IMG/VR virus record: IMGVR_UViG_3300037722_000745
Span: 259,175-323,174 of that record
Origin: a virus
Lineage: Duplodnaviria; Caudoviricetes
Length of the DNA: 64,000 bases
Strand: one strand, 5' to 3'
Shown one piece after another: positions 1 through 9,864 of this stretch. Each line of letters opens with the position of its first letter. Position 1 is the first letter of the stretch. A program made the position numbers and the translations under genes. The notes under the pieces are model-generated. The model was not told the DNA's origin. It made no database searches and was given only the letters and a program-made list of their open reading frames with translations.

Positions 1-1452
1 CTCGAACTGTTTGAAGAACTCGGGGTTGGTCAACGCGGTGTGGGCGAGCTTGGCTCCAAGGCGGGTGAGTGCCTTGTGGTATTTTTCATCCAGGTGATTC
101 ATGGCGTAGTGGTGGCCAAATTCATGAATGATCAAATCGGTCACACCTTCAAAGTTCTTTTGCAGGTCAAACCAGCGTTTACCAAGCTTCGGAACATTGA
201 ACGTCAAATGGCCGGGGCCGTAATTGGCACTGTAACCTTGCGTGGGCTCGTTCTCCATGGTCACAGCAATATTCACGTCCATCAGCCTTAACGCGAGCCC
301 TCTGGCGTAATCCGCCACGGCCTGCATCCCGTTGGTCCACTGGTGCTCTGGGATGATCCGAACAGGGTCACCCTCGGGGTCGTAGGGCTTCGGGGTTGGG
401 AACAGTTGCCCAGACGGTTGGGCGGCTCCTGTCCGCCGGATGTTCGCCCACGCTGGCTTGGAGAAAGTACCCCCAGGAATGACTGTGTGGCCGTGGGCAA
501 AAGCTTTGGAGTTTGCCTCAGGATCAGATGGGTCGTAGATCGTCCTAGCCTCACCGAACCGGTGAGTGAGTACCGCCTTGACGGCAGCATCACTCACGTC
601 GGGGTGTTCGAGGGCCTCTTGGAGCAGAACGTTACTCGCATCCTCAGTCTTCAATTGATTGTGCATCTCATTGAGGACAGCCACTGAAAGGGCCTTGCGG
701 TAAGCATTAGTCACGTTGTCCCGGTCCGCATTGAGCGGGACCTTTTGCTGGATGTTCACACTCCAGGGAAGGTCGAGTTCCACGACGGGGATCCCCATCT
801 CGTAAAGGAAAGCCGGTCTGCCTTCACCGAGTTTGTATAGCTCAACCTCGGTCTTGCGGGTCGTGCGCTTGAGGTTCCCCTCGTCATCAGAGATTTCAGT
901 CGCAAGCGCTGCTTCGAAGCGCTTGAAAGGCTCTCGGAAGGGGATCTCGACCCCATTAATAGTCGTCTGGATCGGAGGGAGTAGAAGCTGCGCAGCCTCA
1001 ATCACCTCCGCCTGTTCCGCTCGAGTCATGCGGATGACAGCCTCGAACAGTGACCCGACTTCACGCTTGGTCTGTTTAACCGTTCGAGTAAATTTGCCGC
1101 TTCGCTGCTCGAACAGAATCGTCCCGGTTGTAGTCGAGATCGTGGCACTCTCACAAGCCGCTAGCACAAGCTTCTCCCCCAAATTGAAGCGACCTCGCTT
1201 TCGGGAATCGGCCTTCTTTTCGCTTGAGGCGTACAGCGTGTATGCATGGGAGAGATCACGAAACCCGTCGGGATCATCATCGTAGACGGAGAAATTCACG
1301 GCCGGTCGGTTGGGGATCGGGGTGAGGGTTACGACCGCTTTGGTGGCCGAGGTGTCCCAGGCATTTTGAACCAACTCGTAGAGGACAAAGGCTAGCCCAC
1401 GACGTCGGACAAGCTGGGCTAGACCCTTCTTATCTACTTCGAACCAACCCAT
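1..1452 (-). CDS. GHKL (Hsp90/MutL/MORC-like) ATPase fused to C-terminal HExxH zincin-like domain; runs off left edge
   Basis: Manual translation from ATG 1452 (GGAGG 5 nt upstream), open to position 1. Motifs ELVQNAWD, VYDDDPDG and RGRFNLGEK; HEFGHHYAMNH near the end. Absent from the ORF track because there is no stop in the window. Confidence 0.8.
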   Translation of the reverse strand, partial: MGWFEVDKKGLAQLVRRRGLAFVLYELVQNAWDTSATKAVVTLTPIPNRPAVNFSVYDDDPDGFRDLSHAYTLYASSEKKADSRKRGRFNLGEKLVLAACESATISTTTGTILFEQRSGKFTRTVKQTKREVGSLFEAVIRMTRAEQAEVIEAAQLLLPPIQTTINGVEIPFREPFKRFEAALATEISDDEGNLKRTTRKTEVELYKLGEGRPAFLYEMGIPVVELDLPWSVNIQQKVPLNADRDNVTNAYRKALSVAVLNEMHNQLKTEDASNVLLQEALEHPDVSDAAVKAVLTHRFGEARTIYDPSDPEANSKAFAHGHTVIPGGTFSKPAWANIRRTGAAQPSGQLFPTPKPYDPEGDPVRIIPEHQWTNGMQAVADYARGLALRLMDVNIAVTMENEPTQGYSANYGPGHLTFNVPKLGKRWFDLQKNFEGVTDLIIHEFGHHYAMNHLDEKYHKALTRLGAKLAHTALTNPEFFKQFE

Positions 1453-1488
1453 ACCTACCTCCTAGCCAGTTTTTGACGGTCTTCGGGT

Positions 1489-1517
1489 ATTACAATCAAG
1501 AGCACCAGAAATTAAAA
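1489..1517 (-). promoter_or_regulatory. Class A promoter-like motif TTTTAA-N17-TGTAAT
   Basis: Same bipartite motif recurs upstream of about 10 other genes. Confidence 0.65.
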
Positions 1518-1574
1518 TCAGATCCAGCTCACCAGGTCTCCATTTCCCACTCATGTGATCCCTAGGGTGAAGTC

Positions 1575-2084
1575 ATGCGAGATTATGAGGGCAGAAACAG
1601 CTTCTACCCAGCAGCGAAGAAAGTGTTCGCCAACCCAATTGTCAAATGGGTTGGCGGTGCCGCCCTTGCTGCGATCACCGCTGCGGTCACTACAGGGATC
1701 TGGCCCTTTTTCAAGGGCTGGGTGATCACCAGAGCCTCGACGGAAGTAGTCACCCAATTGGACACCCGTCTAGGTAAATTGGAATCCGCCCGCGTAGTGT
1801 CCATAGGCAACCTCAATACGGATGATACCAGTGCGTTGACTGAAGGTGAACGCCTTCAGTGGGTAATCATCCGACTGAAGCGTTTAGAAATGAGATCGGT
1901 GCAAGAGATGCGCAAGAGGATTGGGTTGGAGGCCCGTCTTCGTATGCCCCGACCCAATTCAAAAGCCGCGGAAGGTGTGGCTGCAACGGTCAAATCTAAA
2001 TTCGACGACTTGGTGTTTCGGGGGGAAGATCCCCAAGTAGCTGCGCAGAAGGCTCTAGAGTCAGTGTATGGGCAGGATGAATGA
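1575..2084 (+). CDS. Membrane-anchored hypothetical protein
   Basis: N-terminal hydrophobic segment, coiled-coil-like tail, overlaps next gene start. Confidence 0.6.
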   Translation: MRDYEGRNSFYPAAKKVFANPIVKWVGGAALAAITAAVTTGIWPFFKGWVITRASTEVVTQLDTRLGKLESARVVSIGNLNTDDTSALTEGERLQWVIIRLKRLEMRSVQEMRKRIGLEARLRMPRPNSKAAEGVAATVKSKFDDLVFRGEDPQVAAQKALESVYGQDE

Positions 2085-2542
2085 TCTATACAGAAACCAA
2101 CGAGATTAACGCTTCCTGTTTACATGAGCATTTGTGGCAGGGAGGGCTCCCTCCTATAGGCCCCTGCGTCAAGAATGCAGGATTCGATTTCCTGGTTCTT
2201 TGCGCTCATGAGTATCAACCCCCTGCTCGTAAATTTCCCGGGGTGCGGGTTTGGCATGCACCCGCTGTAGATGACTTCGACTCACCCCCGACGAAACCAA
2301 TGCTCGAAGTTGCGATAGCGGCAGCAAACAAAGTTGTCGAGGCCATTGGGCGAGGCGAGACTGTACTTGTCACCTGCATGGCAGGGGTTAATCGATCCAG
2401 CCTTGTGAGCGGTCTTGCTCTACACAAACTCCTCGGTCTATCAGGGAAGGATGTTTGTGCGATGATCCAACTTCAGAGACCTGGCACTCTGACGAACCCT
2501 CATTTCACACAATGCCTCTCCAACCTCCCCCAACGATTTTAA
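2081..2542 (+). CDS. Dual-specificity/PTP-family phosphatase
   Basis: CX5R loop VTCMAGVNRS; upstream acid loop PAVDDF. Confidence 0.85.
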   Translation: MIYTETNEINASCLHEHLWQGGLPPIGPCVKNAGFDFLVLCAHEYQPPARKFPGVRVWHAPAVDDFDSPPTKPMLEVAIAAANKVVEAIGRGETVLVTCMAGVNRSSLVSGLALHKLLGLSGKDVCAMIQLQRPGTLTNPHFTQCLSNLPQRF

Positions 2543-2638
2543 TTTGGTTTCTGGCGCGGTCAGTTGTAATACCCTACTGACTCTCCTTACAAGGTCACTG
2601 ATCACGTCCTAGCTCAGAGCAGACGGTAACGAGGTCTA

Positions 2639-2673
2639 CGAACTCGTACTTGGAGCGTCCAAGTACGAGTTCG
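2639..2673. promoter_or_regulatory. Perfect 16-bp inverted repeat with 3-nt loop
   Basis: cgaactcgtacttgga-gcg-tccaagtacgagttcg, directly before RBS aagaggag. Confidence 0.7.
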
Positions 2674-2691
2674 ACAAGAGGAGCAAAGAGA

Positions 2692-3045
2692 ATGGGAACT
2701 AGGCCCTATACGCAACTGTGGTTAGGCACTAAGGCAGGTTATCTGGAGGACTTGTTGTTGTACCCCGGCGCAGATAGGGAGTATGAAGATCCGTACGATT
2801 GGAATGAGGAGAACAAAGGGAAGATGGGTGTGGAAGTCGTTGATGTCCTCGGCGGCATTGGCGGGCTTAAGTACGCCCTGGCGCTTGAGTGCTACAGCAC
2901 CGGTTGGACTGACGGCCTGGAGCTTAACTTGCGCTCGTCGAAGATAACTGCGGAAGAAACGGAGCGCATGCAAGCTGCGGCCAAGATGTTGAGCTGGAAG
3001 CTGGAGGGGCCAATCACGTGGTGGCTTGCCGCCGCATTCGCGTAG
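2692..3045 (+). CDS. Hypothetical protein
   Basis: ATG 2692 after aagaggag; co-directional with operon. Confidence 0.65.
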   Translation: MGTRPYTQLWLGTKAGYLEDLLLYPGADREYEDPYDWNEENKGKMGVEVVDVLGGIGGLKYALALECYSTGWTDGLELNLRSSKITAEETERMQAAAKMLSWKLEGPITWWLAAAFA

Positions 3046-3099
3046 TGAAAAGGGTGATCAAGCAACAAGCGCCGGTGGCACGGATGAAGCTCAGAGGGA

Positions 3100-3909
3100 A
3101 TGCGTAGAATAATCATCGGTGACGTTCACGGTTGCTTGGAAGAGTGGCGTGAATTGTTGAAGGTACTGTCCTTCCGAAAAGGTGAGGATTTCCTGCTGCA
3201 AGTGGGTGACCTTCTGGACCGAGGGCCCGATCCGGTGGGTTGCGTCCGCTACGCTCGCGAGTTGGGGGCCATCGTTCTCATGGGCAACCACGAGGAAAAG
3301 CACCTCCGCTGGAGGCGGCACGAGGACCGGCGGGCGGCAGTGCTCCGCGAGGGGCGGACCCCCAAGAAGAACCCCATGAAGGCATTCAGTGAGACCAAGG
3401 CCGCTCAGAATGCGGCGCTCTCGGATGACGACATCGCCTGGATAGCCAGCCTACCGCTTTCCTACGATCTCGGCGGCGGTCTGCATGCGGTCCACGCGGG
3501 CTGTGAGCCTCGCTACTCCATCGCGGATCAGAGTCGAGATGTGTTGACCCGCTTGCGGTACGTCGGGACCGAAGAAGGCCATAAGCGGTTCGATCGCATG
3601 GTCGGCTACGCTGCGGGCTCGCTCGATCAACCGGAGAACACGATCTACTGGTCGGAGCGGTGGCAGGGCCCAGAGAGCATCGTCTACGGACACGCTGTGC
3701 ACTCGCTCACGGAACCTAAGATTGACGCCTTCCCGGGCGGTCGGTGTTACGGGATCGACACTGGGTGTTGTTTCGGGGGTCGGTTGACCGCGATGGTACT
3801 CGAAGATGGCCGAGAACCGGAGTTCGTGCAGGTCCAGGCCCGCGAGGCGTACTCTGAGCTGTACCAGAAACGTCCCGATGGTTCGTGTGGGGAGCCTGGG
3901 CCCGCATGA
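3100..3909 (+). CDS. Calcineurin-like metallophosphoesterase (ApaH/PrpE/Pnkp-phosphatase-like)
   Basis: GDVHG, GDLLDRG, GNHE, YGH and IDTG motifs. Confidence 0.9.
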   Translation: MRRIIIGDVHGCLEEWRELLKVLSFRKGEDFLLQVGDLLDRGPDPVGCVRYARELGAIVLMGNHEEKHLRWRRHEDRRAAVLREGRTPKKNPMKAFSETKAAQNAALSDDDIAWIASLPLSYDLGGGLHAVHAGCEPRYSIADQSRDVLTRLRYVGTEEGHKRFDRMVGYAAGSLDQPENTIYWSERWQGPESIVYGHAVHSLTEPKIDAFPGGRCYGIDTGCCFGGRLTAMVLEDGREPEFVQVQAREAYSELYQKRPDGSCGEPGPA

Positions 3910-4721
3910 GAAACATGGTCATCGCCCCCAAGCCCGGCAAGAAGGGCCGCTCGTTTACCGCCGTGTTGTTGGCGTCGGTCGAAGCGGATCTTCTCTGGTC
4001 TGGGGGGATGACCGACACCGATAACCAGCGTCCCGTATGGGCCATGTTTGGTGGTTCCGAAAACGAATTGCGAGCCTTCATGGCCAACCTGATGTCAGGT
4101 CGAATCGCGGTGTTCCCAAAGTCCAACGGGTACAGCCGATCTCGAGACGAGTGTGTTGAAATCCTACGGTCGGCCGGTTACCGCATCGTTTGGCAACGCG
4201 AAGCCGAAGGCGCTTTGGCGACGATCTACCTCCCCGACTTGTTTCAGATTGACCCTGGACTGGTTGACCCAGAGGGGATTAAATTCATCTTGTTGCCAAC
4301 TCAAGCGTGGGTGGATGAGCAACGGATTGACCCCTACCCACTGATCTCCCACGCGCAGCGAAGTTACGATCTCCCAGACGAGCAGCTCGCCTCGTGGGTG
4401 TCAATCGCGCACCTCTTCATTGCGTACTTGGACCGGCGGACCCGTTGCCCCCTGGTAGCGGATGGTCGGTTTTTTCTACAACTGATGCTGGCGTGCCTGA
4501 GAGATGGGCTCGCAAGCTTTACTACGGACGACACTCATTACTACTACCGCAATGAGAAAATAGGGTTCGGGATCCACCCACAAGCACGGTACTATGAGAA
4601 GAACACATCCAAAGTTGGGCTCTCTCCGGGCCTGGTGTTTTCTGCATCCCACGAGAGATTTGAGAAGCTGTTAGCGGAAGAGGTTTCTCTCTACTTCCAG
4701 CACGCCCAAGGGGTCTCCTGA
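3906..4721 (+). CDS. Hypothetical protein coupled to MTase-helicase
   Basis: ATGA overlap with upstream gene; stop overlaps downstream ATG. Confidence 0.75.
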   Translation: MRNMVIAPKPGKKGRSFTAVLLASVEADLLWSGGMTDTDNQRPVWAMFGGSENELRAFMANLMSGRIAVFPKSNGYSRSRDECVEILRSAGYRIVWQREAEGALATIYLPDLFQIDPGLVDPEGIKFILLPTQAWVDEQRIDPYPLISHAQRSYDLPDEQLASWVSIAHLFIAYLDRRTRCPLVADGRFFLQLMLACLRDGLASFTTDDTHYYYRNEKIGFGIHPQARYYEKNTSKVGLSPGLVFSASHERFEKLLAEEVSLYFQHAQGVS

Positions 4722-7700
4722 TGGCTCGTATTGAATCGGTTGCCGTTGGGGGCTATTACAAGACACCAACGCATCTTCTCCCGCGGATCACTCCGCTATT
4801 GGCTCCCTACCACGGAGACGAGACAGTCTCGTTTATGGATCCTTGCGCGGGTGAAGGGGAGGCCATTCTACATCTGGCCCAGGCGTGGATTAAAAACCAG
4901 AAGATCCAACTCTACACTTGCGAAATGGAGGCCACGCGAGCGGGCACCCTCCAAAAGATCTGCAAAGACAACCACTGGGGCTGGGTTAGGACTTCAATCC
5001 ACGGTGATGCTTTCTGTGTGACCTTCAACGGAGAGGGAGTGTCAGTCCTGTTTCTGAACCCTCCGTATGACACAGATAGGGTTCACGGGCGACTTGAGCA
5101 CAAGTTCCTGTCTCGGTTCACCTCGGGTTTGAAGCCCGGGGGTGGGGTCTTGTTGTTTGTGGTTCCTCACTACGCTCTCGCCGCGTCTGCAGAGTTTCTG
5201 GCAACCGAGTACGACGATCCACACTGTTTCAAATTCCCGGAGGAGGATTTTGCATCCTTCAAACAGGTCGTACTGTTCGCTCGCCGTTTGAGCGAACCAA
5301 GATTGGTTCCAGAGCCTACCCTCAAGGAGAGGATTAAGGGTTGGGCTACCGATCCAAGTAACCTCCCAGAGTTGCCCAACCTAGTCTCGAAGCCTCTGGG
5401 TGAGGTCTTACCTTCATCGAGTTATCGTGGCTCTCTAAGCGAATGGAGGCTGCAACCTACAGACATGATCGGGCTCATCGGCAAAGCCCGACCGTGGACT
5501 TTCAGTTCTCGGGGCGGTCATCAAGTCCCGGTTCTTGGGGTCTTGCCCGACGTCCCGATTGAGAGCTTATTGCTCCGGAAGTACCCTGTTGCAACCCCAC
5601 CCCGGCCGGCCCACATTGCAGCCGGTATCGCGGCTGGGATCTTCAACGGATCCCGAGTGGAGCCGACAGATTCGAGCACGAGGCTTCCACCGCTCCTGGT
5701 CAAGGGTGTGTTCGATCAGGAGTGGAGGACGGTTGAAGAGAAGACCAACAAGAAGGGCGAAGTCACGTCAGTTGTTCAAGTGCAGCAGCCCAAACTCGTA
5801 GCCACGGTGTTGGACCTCACCACGTACCAGTACCACACACTCCAGGAGAATGACTCAGAGAGCCCTGACGTCGGGACTCTTTCTGTCGCTGGTCTGCTCA
5901 AACACTACGGCGACAGTTTGATGGAGGTCATGGAAAAGCAGTGCCCTATCCTGTATGACCCCCGCAAGGACGGGGACAGCATCCCCCTGGCCCCCACGGC
6001 CCGCACGCTGTACATCGCCCAACAACACGCTACCAAGGCCCTGGTGAAGCTTCTAGGCGGTCCTGGGCTGCCTCTGAAGGCGCGGCGGGGTAAGGGTGCG
6101 ATCCTCCTCGGAGAGATCGGATCAGGGAAAACCTCGGTTTCGATCTCTCTCGTCAACACCATTGGATCCAAGCGCCCATTGGTGTTGTGCCCGCCCCACC
6201 TGTTGGACTCGTGGAGAGACGAGGCAGCACAAGTCTTACCCGATGTCGAAGTCCGCGTGCTTCGCTCTGTGGGGGACATCGAAGCTCTCGCAGCGGATAC
6301 TCAAAAAGAGATGATCTTGTCCGTGGTTTCACGTGAAACCGCGAAGCTTTCTCATGGCTGGGAAGGTGTAGGCCCCCTGTGCCCGAGATGTGGATCGCCA
6401 ACGCCTAAGGTCGACTTAGCTCGCAAGAGAATGCGTTGTAAAGCAAGGCATCTCGTACCTACAGGGAAGCTCGAGACCCGGAAGCTCAATGGCCCACTGG
6501 CTAGGCTGGTGCTTAAACTCGCCAACCAGCTCATTCCGTACGATCCAACTGACCCTACTGTGGAATACCTTCTGCAAGGTCGTTGGGATCGCAAGCGGAT
6601 TGCATTCTATAAAGGTAAGTACAACGAAGACACCCCACCGGTGTTCCCAGGGTTCACGCCGAACTATTTTGACGATGTTCTAGACGCGCTACTTCCTCGG
6701 TTCAGTGAGGGTGACCGGGTTGCCAAAGCCATCGTGTGGATCTTGCTGTGCTTGGGAAGTGTAGAGCGTGTGGCCCAAGTAGCGGAGCACTTCTTAAGTC
6801 AACCAAGGGTTGACTACCGGCTAAGGGACTTTGGGCGTCATCTATTGTTCCTACTACCGCCGAACGGTCAACGTCAACTGGAGTTGATCCACCGTTACGG
6901 GGACAACAACCATGACGTGTGGAACCCCTGGGGCCAGCTTTTGAATCAGGTCTCGGAAGAGCAACAAGGGCTCCACTCCCACGTGGCAGGTCTACCTCTT
7001 CTTTGGGAAGGTGGGCGCCTTACGGTTGAAAAGGCTGAGGCTAGAAGCTTAGGGGCGGCTAAAGCGGCTCTGACGATTCTTAGCCGCTTGTCGGGGCTCC
7101 AATGGTCCAAACCATGCGGCGAGATTTTGTTCCAAGCAGTCCCCGAACCTCGTCGAGTCGCTTTGGCGGATCACATTTACCACCGTTACCCCGCACTGTT
7201 CGACGCTTTAATCTTGGACGAGTGTCACGAGTACTCTACGGCCGGTTCCGCTCAACAACAGGCGGGCCACCGATTGACAGGGCTTGGTCTTCCCACCTTA
7301 TTGATGACCGGCAGCGTCATGAACGGTTATGCGGAGAGCCTCTTCATGAACATGTGGGCGATCTCGCCACCGTTCCGCGAAGAGTTTGTCCGCAGTGACA
7401 AGAGCAAGTTCAACGATCGCTACGGCTACCGTAAACGTCTGCTCCAGGATCGCGATGAGGAAGGCTCGGTTGTGGAATTCGGCTCGATGTCGGATCGAGT
7501 CACACGATCCAACCGAGTCATCGGCAATGCTCCTGGTGTCCTTCCGCTGTTCTTGCTGCGACATCTCCTGCCGATCTCGGTCACGTTACACAAGGCCGAT
7601 CTTGCATTGGAGCTGCCTCCGTGCACTCAGGAGAGGGAGTTGATCGATCCAGACCCAGAGCTGCTTAAGCGCTATCGGGTTCTCCAGACCAAGCTCATCG

Positions 7701-8518
7701 CGCAGATCCGCAAAGACCAATTCAACCCGGAATTGGCAGGAAAGCTTTTCGGGCAACTTGCCGAACTGCCGAGTTACCTTGATCGTGCGACGGCCGACAC
7801 TGGAAACACGGAGGAGGGGGACTACACGATTCGTTACCCTGAGTCAGTTGGAAACGAGGTTGTTGCCACACAACCACCGCTGCCGGCCTCTGAAGTCTTA
7901 CCCAAGGAAGAGTGGCTCCTAAGAAAAGTTCAACAGGAACTGTCCGAGGGGCGTAACGTCCTCGTGTTCTCGTGGCACACGTCCCTTCTCCAGCGGTACG
8001 CCCGCCTCATCTCGGATCACATCGATCAAAAGGTTCCGATTCTTTACGCTAACAAAGTTGGTACAGCAAAGCGCCAGGAGTGGATCACGAAACAGGTCGT
8101 CAAGAAGGGGGTGCGAGTTCTCGTGACCAATCCGATTGTGATCCAAACAGGGCTCAACAACTTGGTGCACTTTGCGACAGAATTGTGGATGGAGAACCCC
8201 GCGTGTAACCCAATTATCTACCGCCAAGCCGTGGGGCGAGTCGATCGTATCGGGCAGCGGATCCCCACCCGAATATTCTCTCCCATCTACGCCGGAACGC
8301 TTCAGCAGCAGCTCTATGACCTGCTGCTCCAAAAGGTGGCTGTCAGTGTCTCGACGGACGGGCTCGACCCTGAGTCCGCTCTCCTGGCCGCGGGAATCGG
8401 TACAGACGCCTTCATGACGGGACTCAGTATTGGTAAGCAGCTTTGGGCTATGCTGTCTGAGGGTTTCACGGTCAACCCGAAGGAACAGGAGGAGAACCGG
8501 GCGTATGGACAGGTCTAA
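4721..8518 (+). CDS. N6-adenine methyltransferase (DUF6094-like) fused to SF2/SNF2-like helicase
   Basis: MTase motifs DPCAGEG and NPPY; helicase motifs GEIGSGKT, DECH, TGS, QAVGRVDRIGQ. Confidence 0.9.
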   Translation: MARIESVAVGGYYKTPTHLLPRITPLLAPYHGDETVSFMDPCAGEGEAILHLAQAWIKNQKIQLYTCEMEATRAGTLQKICKDNHWGWVRTSIHGDAFCVTFNGEGVSVLFLNPPYDTDRVHGRLEHKFLSRFTSGLKPGGGVLLFVVPHYALAASAEFLATEYDDPHCFKFPEEDFASFKQVVLFARRLSEPRLVPEPTLKERIKGWATDPSNLPELPNLVSKPLGEVLPSSSYRGSLSEWRLQPTDMIGLIGKARPWTFSSRGGHQVPVLGVLPDVPIESLLLRKYPVATPPRPAHIAAGIAAGIFNGSRVEPTDSSTRLPPLLVKGVFDQEWRTVEEKTNKKGEVTSVVQVQQPKLVATVLDLTTYQYHTLQENDSESPDVGTLSVAGLLKHYGDSLMEVMEKQCPILYDPRKDGDSIPLAPTARTLYIAQQHATKALVKLLGGPGLPLKARRGKGAILLGEIGSGKTSVSISLVNTIGSKRPLVLCPPHLLDSWRDEAAQVLPDVEVRVLRSVGDIEALAADTQKEMILSVVSRETAKLSHGWEGVGPLCPRCGSPTPKVDLARKRMRCKARHLVPTGKLETRKLNGPLARLVLKLANQLIPYDPTDPTVEYLLQGRWDRKRIAFYKGKYNEDTPPVFPGFTPNYFDDVLDALLPRFSEGDRVAKAIVWILLCLGSVERVAQVAEHFLSQPRVDYRLRDFGRHLLFLLPPNGQRQLELIHRYGDNNHDVWNPWGQLLNQVSEEQQGLHSHVAGLPLLWEGGRLTVEKAEARSLGAAKAALTILSRLSGLQWSKPCGEILFQAVPEPRRVALADHIYHRYPALFDALILDECHEYSTAGSAQQQAGHRLTGLGLPTLLMTGSVMNGYAESLFMNMWAISPPFREEFVRSDKSKFNDRYGYRKRLLQDRDEEGSVVEFGSMSDRVTRSNRVIGNAPGVLPLFLLRHLLPISVTLHKADLALELPPCTQERELIDPDPELLKRYRVLQTKLIAQIRKDQFNPELAGKLFGQLAELPSYLDRATADTGNTEEGDYTIRYPESVGNEVVATQPPLPASEVLPKEEWLLRKVQQELSEGRNVLVFSWHTSLLQRYARLISDHIDQKVPILYANKVGTAKRQEWITKQVVKKGVRVLVTNPIVIQTGLNNLVHFATELWMENPACNPIIYRQAVGRVDRIGQRIPTRIFSPIYAGTLQQQLYDLLLQKVAVSVSTDGLDPESALLAAGIGTDAFMTGLSIGKQLWAMLSEGFTVNPKEQEENRAYGQV

Positions 8519-9053
8519 AATATCGGAACTCAAAGCAGAGATCTTGAGCCTCGTCCAAGAACGGACGCCCCTAATCTGTCGCTACACAGAGAGCCACCAA
8601 GACTTGAACTCCAGCTATTTCAGATTCACTCTGGCAGTCGGTTTGGAAGTTGTCACCCTCAATCTAAGAATAGGCCGAGACTCCAGACATGTACTTCGTG
8701 TGAAGACTCCACACTCCATGGTTTCGATCCATCGTGAGACATCACAGGGGTTCTTCAACGTCGAGCTGATCGTTGCGAAGATTTTAGAGTCCTTGCAGCG
8801 CGAGGCCAGTGTGCGAGATCAGCAACACCAAATCGAGCTTAGATTGAGAACTATCGTTGGAGCTGTGGCTAGACTCCGAGAGAGATCTCCGGAGAATGTC
8901 ACGTTGACCCCTACGAGAGATGGCATCGACCTTCAGATCCACGGTCTGTCGGAGGAGGATGCAGACCGTATTTTCTTGATTCTGAAGACTTCCTCTCAGA
9001 CTCACAGTCATAGAAGTAGATGGGACCATCTTCTGGAAGGCCCGGAAGACTAG
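8505..9053 (+). CDS. Hypothetical protein
   Basis: ATG 8505 after ggag; ends SRWDHLLEGPED. Confidence 0.6.
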   Translation: MDRSKISELKAEILSLVQERTPLICRYTESHQDLNSSYFRFTLAVGLEVVTLNLRIGRDSRHVLRVKTPHSMVSIHRETSQGFFNVELIVAKILESLQREASVRDQQHQIELRLRTIVGAVARLRERSPENVTLTPTRDGIDLQIHGLSEEDADRIFLILKTSSQTHSHRSRWDHLLEGPED

Positions 9054-9054
9054 C

Positions 9055-9758
9055 CTAGCCATAGCCAGCTGGGAACAACCCCACACTCCGCGTAAGCTCT
9101 TGAATTTGAGCAGGCGTGAGTTCCGTATCGTAGATAGCTACCGATTGAAGGGACTCGTCAAAAGCCGACGTGCCAGAGGGGAACTCCATCATGAATAGAA
9201 CGGAAGACGATCCCCCATCTGCCGCAGTCAGGGTCCCATTTCCGACATTTAGCCCATTCACGTAGAGATTGATGTCAGTCCCAGCGACATCACGAGTGCC
9301 GGCCACGACGTTCCACGCGTGAGGTAGCACGCTAATTGCAGAATCGAAGATGTCATCAGTTCCACTACCATGCTCGTGGTGCCAACGAATGCAGCGTGGA
9401 GGCGTCTCCAGCTGGGCTACCTACGGTGATGTCCGAAGCAACTCCCAAGCCAACAACCCCGGTAGTTGGCTAAAGTGCCGGCGACAGCAACTGAAGCAGC
9501 GAAAGCGAACTCGGTGTTGGGTATGGCCTTCATCCGGCCTGAGTACCGGTAGCTGTTGCCAGCACTGTGGCTCATCGTATGGGATATACCGAGCCCAGGA
9601 CCAAGGTAAGAGGAAGAGGCCAAAGACCCTGGATCAAACAGAATCCAGTTGGACAGCGTGTCGGTCTCGAAGTAGTCCGATACTGCATCAAGACCAGACG
9701 CTGGACGGGCATGGACATCAAGCACAGAGACTTGATTCGGTCTCCTAAGGTATGTCAC
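9055..9758 (-). pseudogene. Out-of-frame chimeric virion gene: unrelated 5' half plus LamG-like 3' half
   Basis: MTYLRR... frame stops at 9417; another frame from about 9390 (IRWHHEHGSGTDDIFDS...) matches the C-half of 9865-10557. Confidence 0.6.
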
Positions 9759-9864
9759 ACCTACCGCCTCCAGAAAACACGAACCCAGTTAAGAGGACCT
9801 CTGCCTCTAACCAAGTGCCTTTCTTAGCCAACCTGCCAAACGAGTCCGACTTGCCTGCCATGCC

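Noticed and set aside
2598-2630. Hammerhead-like ctgatca...gtaac
   Set aside because: Essential core bases (CUGANGA, GAAA) are not matched.
6440-7114. Intein in helicase
   Set aside because: No N-terminal C/S block, no terminal HN, no LAGLIDADG motif.
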